DNA from: Catajapyx aquilonaris
Lineage: Eukaryota
Direction of reading: 5' to 3'
NCBI GenBank assembly: GCA_000934665.2
Contig: KZ538318.1
Coordinates: 62,001-90,762 of the forward strand
DNA length: 28,762 bases
The notes below the pieces were generated by a model that did no database searches, was not told the origin of the DNA, and saw nothing but the letters and a program-made list of their open reading frames with translations. The first letter of the stretch is position 1. The number at the start of each line of letters is the position of its first letter. The position numbers were made by a program, and so were the translations under genes. This document shows positions 12,487 to 21,538 of the stretch, piece after piece.

Positions 12487-12597
12487 CTATCCAATGGCCA
12501 CAGCAGAAGAGCTAGAGACCTACTCAGACAATTGTGCTATTTGCTGGGACAAGCTGGAGACAGCCAGGAAGCTACCTTGCAACCATTTCTTCCACAA
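12487..12597 (+). CDS. AMFR: AMFR exon, first half of RING-H2 (YPMATAEELETYSDNCAICWDKLETARKLPCNHFFH)
   Basis: Manual translation (absent from the ORF track) gives CxxC...CxHxxH. Acceptor tttcag, donor gtgagt at 12598; 111 nt, phase 2/2. Confidence 0.96.
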
Positions 12598-12672
12598 GTG
12601 AGTCTCCTTGCCAGTGCCTGGATTTGATATTGTTTTATTTTAAAAAAATGCTGACCATCACTTTCCTTCCAG

Positions 12673-12884
12673 CTCATGTTTGAGGTCGTGGCTGGAGCAG
12701 GACACGTCATGCCCCACGTGTCGTCAGGCCCTAAGTGTGGAGAGGTCCCAGTCCTCATCTGAGTCCCTCCTACAGGAGCAGCAGGAGGACTCTTTGCTGG
12801 CAGGGTTCAGCTTTGGGACAGAGACTGATGCTACTACACAACAGAACAACAGGAGAACCACCAACCACTTCTTTCATTTTGATG
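12673..12884 (+). CDS. AMFR: AMFR exon, second half of RING-H2 (SCLRSWLEQDTSCPTCR) to NHFFHFD
   Basis: SCLRSWLEQDTSCPTCR and NHFFHFDG match gp78. Acceptor ttccag, donor gtcagt at 12885; 212 nt, phase 2/1. Confidence 0.96.
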
Positions 12885-13564
12885 GTCAGTCTCTGCTCCA
12901 TGTTCTCTTTCTCGAGTGTGGTGCATCTAACATTAAATTGGCATCTTAATTGTCAGTTGATTTGAGTTTCACCAGTGTGACGCACTGAATACATTAACGG
13001 CACCTTTGTGCGTCAGTTAAAGCGACATCGTGCTATTAATGTGGTCAGGCCAGCTGAGCATGTTAATTGCAGGGAGCCACCCAGTTATCTTGGAAGGTGT
13101 GGTGGATTCACACATATTATTAATTTGCTGTTCTTTTCCACGTGTCAAGCACTAACAGTAAAAATGCACTTGTCATGTTAGAAGGGCACCATGTTAGCAT
13201 GTTTAGAGAGGCTGTTTAGTGTCAGTCGTAGTATAGAGATGAGTAAAAGTACTGTAAAAACCTCATGGGTCACCTTAGTACTACGCAGGGTTAATTGCAA
13301 ATCTGGATTGATGGAAATGACTTGAATTCATCTCAGGCTCCAGGAAAGACCCTCCAGGACTTTTAGTTTCTGAAGGGACACCCTTGACATTGATCTCTTT
13401 GGCATGTGGATGTAGGGTTGTCACAGTGTTAAGATTTTGACAGGGTTCTAGGCAAAAATAAAATAAAAAAATGTTGAAATGCATGTTAACATACTTTTAT
13501 TTTTATTCTTCTTCAACTTGGTTATAACTAGGCTATTTCCTCTTAAAATTTTCATGTGGTGTAG

Positions 13565-13683
13565 GTTCAAGGTACGTGTCGTGGCTGCCCAGCTTCTCAG
13601 TGGAGGTGACTCACACGCAACTGCTGAGGGCAGACCAGACTCAGCCTGCCCAAACTTCCCAGTTGGACACCATGGCCAGGCAG
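13565..13683 (+). CDS. AMFR: AMFR exon (GSRYVSWLPSFSVEV...SQLDTMARQ), leading into the CUE domain
   Basis: SWLPSFSVEV motif. Acceptor gtgtag, donor gtgagg at 13684; 119 nt, phase 1/0. Confidence 0.95.
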
Positions 13684-13764
13684 GTGAGGGCTGCAGCCAC
13701 GGAATCCACTACCGCTAATTCACCAAGGAAAGTTGTTAATGTGAAGATTCTTTTGTAACTGTAG

Positions 13765-14093
13765 GTTCAGCAGATGTTTCCCCACATCTCTTTGGCTGCC
13801 ATTTTGGATGACCTGCGTGCCACCAGGTCAATTGAGGTGACGATTGAGAACATCCTGGAGGACCGAGTGGTCCCTTCCCCTCCCATGTTTCAACAGGATG
13901 AGGCACCTCCCCTTCCCCCATCTCCCCACCACATCCATCCCCACCACCATTCCTCTCCTCTGCTTCCTCCCTCCCTCCTAGCCTCCATTCAGCCAACTGG
14001 GTTTTCAATGTCCTCTTCCCCACCACAACACAGGACAGCCTCAGCACCACCAACGCCCACCGGGTTTCTCAGCAGGGAAGGAGACATTGTTGG
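13765..14093 (+). CDS. AMFR: AMFR exon: CUE domain (VQQMFPH...DLRATRSIEVTIENILE) plus Pro/His/Ser-rich linker
   Basis: MFP...IL CUE signature; acceptor ctgtag. The donor gg|gtacgt (phase 2) was chosen because it fits the phase of the last exon, so the 3' boundary is less certain. Confidence 0.88.
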
Positions 14094-14327
14094 GTACGTG
14101 GGTTGAATTGTGTTGGGTGTGTCTCATGATATCAGGATCACTGAGTACTCTTGATTGCTCCTATCAAAAGAAAGTGTAATGCAATGCAATGCCAATGTGA
14201 AGTCTAGCTTTGCTAAGCTCTGCTGAGGGAAATGCCTGACAGACTTTAGAAATTAAATATCTAGAACTTAGGATACTGTCCACAGTTTGGAGGCAATGTT
14301 TGATATACTCGTACAGTATTATGGAGA

Positions 14328-14610
14328 GCCGGTGCCGGTGGACTGGTGGTAGCGCACTTGCCTCTGATCCCAAAGTTGTGGGTTCGAACCCAGCCAAGGT
14401 CGGTGACTTTTCTCTGGGTGGTAGAAAAGTGAGAGTGCGCCTTCCTTTGGAGGGGAGTAAAGCCGTCGAGGTGGTCCCGTGTGTTTGTGACGTTGCATGG
14501 GTGCACGTTAAAGATCCCCAGAGTGGCCAAATTTCCAAGAGGACCCCCTGGCGTCAGTGTTGAGCCTTGCCAAAAATAGGCAGAAATAGGTCGACCTTAA
14601 GCCCCATTGA
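14328..14610 (+). mobile_element. Full-length tRNA-derived SINE with a Nin/Deu-like central domain
   Basis: A box tggactggtgg and B box ggttcgaaccc; gtaaagccg...ggtcccgtgt...ggtgcacgttaaagatccc resembles the Nin/Deu domain; perfect 15-bp TSD acagtattatggaga at 14313-14327 and 14611-14625. Confidence 0.92.
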
Positions 14611-15610
14611 ACAGTATTATGGAGAAAGGGGAAAAAAAAGGTTGTGGTTTTTTTGGAGAAATAAAAGGTTTTTGTTTTCCATGCACGACTGAAACGGGCA
14701 TGCATTTTTTTCATGCCCGTTCCTCTAGTTGTATGATGATAGATGTTGGGTATAACTGCCCAAAGCAATGATCGAAGATCAGGGACTAGGGGGTATTTTC
14801 TCCCAGACTGGCTGTCATGGAGCCACAGTGACAGTGCAGCCATCTTGCAATGACATTGTAAAATTGGGATATTTCCTCTCATCTGGTATAAGGTTGGTTA
14901 ATACATGGTTGATGGGTACAGATTTATGCTCATTTGAAATCAGAATATTCATTTTGATAACCCCATATGGGATCTAGTTAGAGTACAGGTTTCTTGTCAA
15001 TTTTAATTGCAAAAAGAAAGCAGATGCCTTTCTTCAATGAAGCATGCTGTTTTGACGTCTTCAGTATGCTTTTCTTAAGTGCAAAAAAATACATATATCA
15101 ATTTTATTGTTTTGTATGTTTTGTTCTTTTTTACTGCAGGTTGGCACATCAGGAAGAGGTACTTGTTGCTATTAAGATATTTTATGCTCAGAGACCAGGG
15201 TAATTGCTGGGAGCTACCCTGTTACTTTGTGAGGTGTGGTTGATTCCCACATGCGAGTGCATTTCTTTTGTTGGGACAAATGTCATGCAATACACTACTG
15301 ATGCGTTTATAACAAAAGTGTACCTAGTAATTAATAAGCTAATTTGATGCTACCTTTGTGGCACATTTCTAATGCAGTGGAAGAGTTTTTACCTGGTAAT
15401 GCACAGATTATCGACAACCAGGACTTGATAACCCTAACCACCTGTTCACTAGTATAAGTGGAAATGCCAGAATCCTTTTGGCAGAAGGAGTACTAACTGT
15501 CTGATCTGATAAGAATTACACGTACCAGAATTTAGTAAAATTTCTGAAGCGACGCATCCAACAAGGTGCAACTTTTGCAAGTGTGACAACATTGTACTTT
15601 TCCCTTTCAG

Positions 15611-15863
15611 AGTGGGTGAGGCATCCAGCTTATGTGGGCGGTTTTCGAAGTCCCCAGCAGAGAGAGAGGAGATGCTGAAGCGTCGCAGGGAGGCCTTGAT
15701 CTCACAAGCCAGGCGGAGGTACCTGGCCAGGCAGGAGTCTGTCACAACCACAACGGAGAAGAAGCTGTTGGAGGGAGAGTCCTCAGAGGAAGGGAATGAG
15801 GAGCAACAGAGCTCGGAGGCACAGTTACACAGGAGGCTGGTCAGATCCAGGTCCACTTCCTGA
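15611..15863 (+). CDS. AMFR: AMFR terminal coding exon with G2BR (Ube2g2-binding region) and stop
   Basis: RFSKSPAEREEMLKRRREALISQARRRYL resembles the gp78 G2BR (RFSKSADERQRML...QARKRFL). Acceptor ctttcag ends 15610; TGA at 15861-15863. Confidence 0.93.
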
Positions 15864-17641
15864 GCTGGAATTTGTATAACTGTGCAACAATGCCTGACAC
15901 ACTTCCGCTGCTGGTTGCTGCTGCAAGACTGATTTTTGCTTGAATTTTTGCGAGTCTCGTGGGTCTGGACTGGTTTACATGTGCGGTCTCTCTTGGGGGG
16001 CTCCTACCAAGTGGCAAGTTGGGAGTTTTAGAGGTGGTTGCACAGTCAGTTTCATTGCGAGCGTCGTTGTCGTCATGGTCTCTCCCCCCATTATCTTGTG
16101 ATTGGTGGTGTAGCAGTGTCAGCTTAATTCCCGTTATCCCTTTAGCATGTGCAATATTTTATCGGTGTCTTTATTCCTGACTGATTATTCCTTCCTATCC
16201 CGTGAATCTTTATGGTTATGACACTAGTTTACACACTTTGTCACGTTAAAGCTCCCAACTTGCACCCAATGGAGATGGTTGCACCCAATTTTCCGCCCCC
16301 CATCATGTTTGTCATTTCAAGGGTCTTAACGTACACATCTCCACTACACACTTTAGGTGTTTGCTGCATGTTCACCACCATGGCATTACTGAGTGGTAAT
16401 CATCTTGCTTTTGAGACTTGGCACAAAATAATCGAGACTCAGATTCCTGCAGATTAAACTCCTTAGTGCTCTCTTTACTTGCAAAACAAGAGTGGCAAAA
16501 TGGATCTGAGTTCCTGAAAACATGACACTCCAGCACTTAAAACCTGCATTGCATTTGTGCATTTATTGCCTTGATGGGAGGAAAATGGGTCAACCAGGGC
16601 TGGTGTAGGGGAAGGCTCTGACCTTCATGTGCTTCTCTACCCTCAGGGCAAAAATGGACATGCCTAATGCTCATGGTCAGTGCTACAAAAACAAGCTGTT
16701 GCAGCAAGAGAAATATTCTTATCAAAGGCAGCCAGGTGATTTACATGTTCAATGCAATATTTAATGAGTCTGAGGCTGGTCAGATGTCTTTCAAAAGCAA
16801 TGCTCTCTTACCGCTCACGTCTTATCACATGCAAGTAATTTGTGTGCTCTACCAAGTTGTTGTAGTGTGGCTCTTAAAATGGCAACTGAGCTAGCGTATA
16901 ACTATTTTGTGAGTTTGTGGATCAAAGTTTAAACGAGAAGTAAAAAAATGCAAATTTTCCATCCACATGTGGTTGGAAATCAGTGGATCCTTTTGGATCA
17001 GGGAGGGTAGGAGATGTAGAAAACATACAAAAAAGAACAAAAAAAAAAGTTTACTTGATGTTGTTTACCGCAGAGCTTGGAGGAATGCTAATTTCTCCAC
17101 ATCACTAACATGAGTGATCTATCTCTATTAACTATTAGTCTCGCTGACATTGTCTTCAAATCTTCCGAGTCTCTCTACTTAACAAGAACACAAAACTTAA
17201 GATCATTTTCTCTCTCTTGCATCAGACAACTGTAATTATTTATGATCAGTTTTGTCAGAAGCCATGTTATATTTTTTTTGTGGTAATTTCACATGTATAT
17301 AGTCACATTCGAGTTTAACTCGTCTTTCATTTTGTACTAAGCGCATAATAATATAAGCAAGCAAGCGGTCTGCTTCTCTTATGGGAATTATAACTGCATA
17401 ATAACGTTTTTTTTATCATTTGTCTGTCTCAAAAAAATCTAGTCATTGCTATACTGGTAACAGTATTTTTCTTCTAAGCATAGGTTTTTTTTCCTACTTG
17501 TTTGCTACACAGGAAGGATTATGAAGTGACAAAATATACCATGTGACGCACGTTAGTTATTTCGCCAATCATCACAAATTCCTACAATGGTTTTTTCAGT
17601 GTTTTAGAAGCATCCATGTGCAATTGTTTGACCTGCTAGGC

Positions 17642-17731
17642 CAGTGGTTTTCATACTGTTCAGCATAATTACTCCGATGGGTGACACAAAGTGGCTGGGT
17701 ACAAAGCCCTGCAAAAGTTGGAAAACCACTG
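17642..17731. mobile_element. Very short, old hAT-type MITE
   Basis: TIRs cagtggttttcatact / agttggaaaaccactg (14/16). Both 8-bp flanks have a central TA but are otherwise diverged. Confidence 0.62.
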
Positions 17732-18196
17732 CCTTACATATTGTGGTGCGATGGCAAGATGTGGTGGCAGTGCTCACCATCATCAGCATCGCAATGTAAT
17801 GCACATTACTGTGTAACAGGAAGCCTGCTTTAGAAGCGGAGCCTATACAAGCTGTAAATTAAAAATTCCAGCTAATTAAGTGCAGTCAACATACCTTTGT
17901 TTGGATGGTATATATATCAAACAAGAACAAACATGACGGTAAAGAAGAAAAGAAAAATGCGGTGTGCTCAGAGCTACTCTGGCAAACCAAACTTGTAACT
18001 TATTGTAAAATGTACAGGTCTAATGTCAAAAGGTCAAGAGATGATTTTTGTATGACAGTTGGAAGAATACAGGTGGGAAGTCCATGTCCGATTGTTTTTA
18101 ATAACCCTCGCCGTTACATCCAGTGGACAGCAATTTGCTGCATTTCCAGCCGTGATTTGCCCATGAAGATGTGGAATCCTTCTGCATACATCATTT

Positions 18197-18414
18197 GAGG
18201 GGTGTGGTGGGAAAAGGTGATAACCCACAAAAGTGTTGTTTTTCAGAAGAGCGGATTAAAGTTTGCACACACTACAAATCATAGGGAATGCGGGTTTTGA
18301 TCTAGTCTGTGTGGCTGTCTCGTGCATGATACCAAACTGTCATGTCTTTTACATAGTTGCTAGGTGTTCAGATGACAAAAATGAGGGTTATCACCTTCTT
18401 CCACCACACCCCTC
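18197..18414. mobile_element. Sola-type MITE
   Basis: 30-bp TIRs gaggggtgtggtgggaaaaggtgataaccc / gggttatcaccttcttccaccacacccctc (28/30), GAG...CTC termini, 4-bp TSD attt on both sides. Confidence 0.85.
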
Positions 18415-18854
18415 ATTTGATATCCAGTAGATATGCAAGGAAATCATTAACTACGGAATTTCTGAGGAATTCATTTCCTTGCCAGCTTCTGAAAATGGAC
18501 AAGACAGAGGAAAATCGACAAATATAAAACTGGGACAGCACAGCAGGGAATCAGGTCAGGATTTTTCCAGATCGAACTTCTCTAATGCTGTCATGGGTTC
18601 CCGCAGAGAGTGGCCAAGTTGATCTGTCACACACAATCATCAGAAGACCAACTTTATGAGTGGCGAATCGATCAGATTTGTTTTTTTTTTTGTTTCAAAA
18701 AAGTGTTATAGGTGCCGAGGTCATGATGAATTTTCGTACCAATCACGCGTTTATTCATATTCGCTTTGAATGTTTAAAAACAAACATTTATATAATTGGA
18801 TATATCCTTGTAACACAAGTACAAATAAATTGCGGATTTCTGCGAAAGTGCTTA

Positions 18855-19181
18855 CAGTGGTGGTTAGAAAGGTGACCTCGAGAGAAAATTAGGCAAATCT
18901 TCTAATAGTACAATTCCTGTAAAATCATGTCAATGGTTCATGTGACATCAGTTCACGACAATGTCATGTGTCATGTATACATGACAGGTGCATCACCTAT
19001 CAAAATATGGAGTTCAGCCCTGACCTGGCCTGACCTGGACACAAATGGTGGCCATTTCCAGCACATGTTGTGAGGCCATTTCCTTTCTCACATAATAAGA
19101 TTAGTTCTGTACAAATTTCGTTGGGATATTTTCATTCATGTTTAAGCTATTAAAGAAATGCAGGGTAAAGTGGTCACCCTG
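18855..19181 (+). mobile_element. Internally deleted Tc1/mariner-superfamily remnant (3' end clear, 5' end tentative)
   Basis: 19035-19073 reads LDTNGGHFQHML*, like the GGHFxHxL* C-terminus of mariner-like transposases. Right end ...caccctg|ta; left end ta|cagtggtg matches only weakly. Confidence 0.55.
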
Positions 19182-19901
19182 TAAACCTTAGCCATTAAAA
19201 TATGCCTTCCTCTCTTTAAAAAGTTCTGGGCGAGGCTGTACAAATTATTATAATATTACATAAAGTCTTGACCTCTGAAATCCAGGCTGTTCAAAATTTT
19301 GTGTGACCGTGTGACGCTTTACGCCACCACAGTATGCAACTTGTACAGTACTGATATTCGGTATGCTAATGCATATACGTTTTCATACGTGTTGTGCCCA
19401 TATCTGTGGATCGGAAAAAACGAAAACAAGCCTGCTAATAAAGAACCTTAATTATCCCTCAATAAATTCTTCCTTGATGAGATTCCAGGTCAATTACGAG
19501 TAATTACGGTGTGCAAAGGGAGGTTGGCCAGGTCTTCAGGGAGGCAAGTACAATATATTTAGAATCAAAAAGCTTCTTGCACATATACTCGTAGTCTCAC
19601 AACAAAGCTGCGTGTTTTATTCTTCTTGTTCTTGTTGTTAGAACAATGCTCTCAGGTCGAATATTTCAATACTTTGTTATTGCTTTCATAAGAAGAATTT
19701 GTGTGTCCGAAACTAGGTGAACCCTATTTGAATAAAAATCGTCAGTATTTTCTTTTCATTGGTTTTGCACACTTTACTGCCATGGAGTTTTATGCAGAGA
19801 AAAACATGTCAAAATTTCTTGCAAGTCATTAGCCCATCTTGAAGTGATGGCGCCCTTTCTTTATGATAAGTACATGCTGGAGAGAGTGTCAGTATCGAAG
19901 T

Positions 19902-19965
19902 AGCGCAGTGGTCTAGTGATTAAGACTCTCTCTTCGTAACCAGAAGGTTGAAGGATCGAATCCTG
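19902..19965 (+). pseudogene. tRNA-like module 1 (anticodon-loop position reads CGT, Thr-like); mirror copy at 21421-21484 (-)
   Basis: A-box-like tggtctagtga, loop ttcgtaa, B-box-like ggatcgaatcc; no acceptor stem. Confidence 0.7.
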
Positions 19966-20102
19966 AAAAAAAAGACGCCGTTTCTTTTTATCGCTATGGG
20001 CCTTTCCCGCTGTTACTTCATCTCTCATTTCACATTTATTTCTCTTCGAAGTGCATCTGGTAAATAGGCTAGACCCTTCCAACACTCACACTCTCGTTGC
20101 AG

Positions 20103-20170
20103 CATAGCGTGGCTGTGTGGTAACGCATCAGACTCTCAATCGGGAGATGTGGGTTCAAATCCCGTGTCTC
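20103..20170 (+). pseudogene. tRNA-like module 2 (loop ctctcaa); mirror copy at ~21217-21281 (-)
   Basis: A box tggctgtgtgg, T arm gtggg-ttcaaat-cccgt; acceptor stem not paired. Confidence 0.7.
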
Positions 20171-21107
20171 CTTGGTTGAGGGTCAGAAAGAAAAAAAATT
20201 TGCAGCCGACATCTCTGGCCAAGATGGCGACTGTTCCTTCGCAGTTTCCCCAACACTTCTTCAGGGGTGATAGAGGTATGCCCCTATACCCTACTAGCCT
20301 AGGCTACCAGCGGGGCGGGGCGGGGGTGGAAAGGGGGGAACATGTAAGGTGAAAGAGACAGGAAGGTGACCAAGCCTAACGAAAATTTGCCAATGTAAAA
20401 CCGCGTCGAACGATCTGCGCATCTGCACCCACAGCAGAAGCGGGTGGGGATTTATTATTTTATTCGTCCATAGAGCAATGCCACAAAACCGTGATGCCGA
20501 ATGTCCGTCCGGATGATCCCGAGGAGGTCACGATGACCACTCGCTCTACGTCACATTCGTACTGATACCTGCCAACTACGTTTGGCTAGGGCATATACTT
20601 CTTCACACCTAGAGATATACTGTATATCTATGTACTGTGCTCTGTACAGTCTCATTACGAAAGACCCGACAGATGGAGACCGAGGTAGGGCCGGGCCCCA
20701 GGTCAAAAACCTAATATTAGGGCCTTTCAGGTCAAAGGTCTGGCTGCAACAATCCATTGAAAATGTCCTAAAAATTGTGCCGATTCATTTGCATGTGCTG
20801 ACGATTTTATAGGACCTCTAGTTTAAATTGTAGAGTTAAATATTTGGAGGGGTGATAGGTTTGAGAATGGAACTCCCTGGTATAAGACAAATGTAGGGAC
20901 TATGGGGTGTGTAGGGTGGGGGCTGCCGGGATGGACAACACAAGCGAAGCCACTTGATCATTTAATTGACTTTTTATTTCTTTGACTTTTTTCTTCGAAA
21001 AAAGTGACCGCCCCCTCCCATTAAGCAGGTGTCTTAAAAATTTCCAAAAGAAATTTCTCCCCTCTGTCCTCCCCCTCTCCACCCCTCCCCCCCCCTCTTC
21101 GCTGACT

Positions 21108-21538
21108 CCTCTATCACCTCCGAAGAAGTGTTGGGGAAACTGCGAAGAAACAGTCGCCATCTTGGCCAGAGATGTCGGCTGCAAATTTTTTTTTCCTGAC
21201 TCTCAACTATGGAGATCCGGGATTTGAACCCGCATCTCCCGATTGAGAGTCTGATGCGTTACCATAGAGCCACGCTCTACTGCAACGAAAGTACGGGTGT
21301 TGGAAGGTCTAGCCTATTTACTCGTACCAGATGCACTTCAAAAAGAAATAAATGTGAAATGAGAGATGAAGTAACAGCTGGAAAGGTCCGTAGCGATAAA
21401 AAGAAACGATGACCTTTTTTCAGGATTCGATCCTTCAGCCTTCTGGTTACGAAGAGAGAGTCTTAACTACTAGACCACGGCGCTACTTCGATACTGACAC
21501 TCTCTCCAGCATGTACTTATTGTAAAGAAAGGGCGCCA
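21108..21538 (-). repeat. Right arm of the long inverted repeat
   Basis: Reverse complement of 19848-20276 with scattered substitutions and a 6-bp indel; weaker similarity continues to ~21068. Confidence 0.95.

Larger units (their letters stand above)
19848..20276 (+). repeat. Left arm of a long inverted repeat carrying two tRNA-like modules
   Basis: About 90% identical by manual alignment to the reverse complement of 21108-21538; weaker G-rich similarity continues to ~20340. Confidence 0.95.

Noticed and set aside
15861..15870. Stop-codon readthrough or selenocysteine at the AMFR TGA
   Set aside because: Context TGA-G is not a leaky one, and no SECIS-like structure was recognised downstream.
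16667..17804. Apparent similarity between ORFs MLMVSATKTSC (+) and MLMMVSTATTSC (-)
   Set aside because: Nucleotide identity is low and short; likely coincidence.
19902..21484. Functional tRNA genes
   Set aside because: No acceptor stems and imperfect anticodon stems; treated as tRNA-derived modules. The same applies to the SINE heads at 12014, 14328 and 28384.
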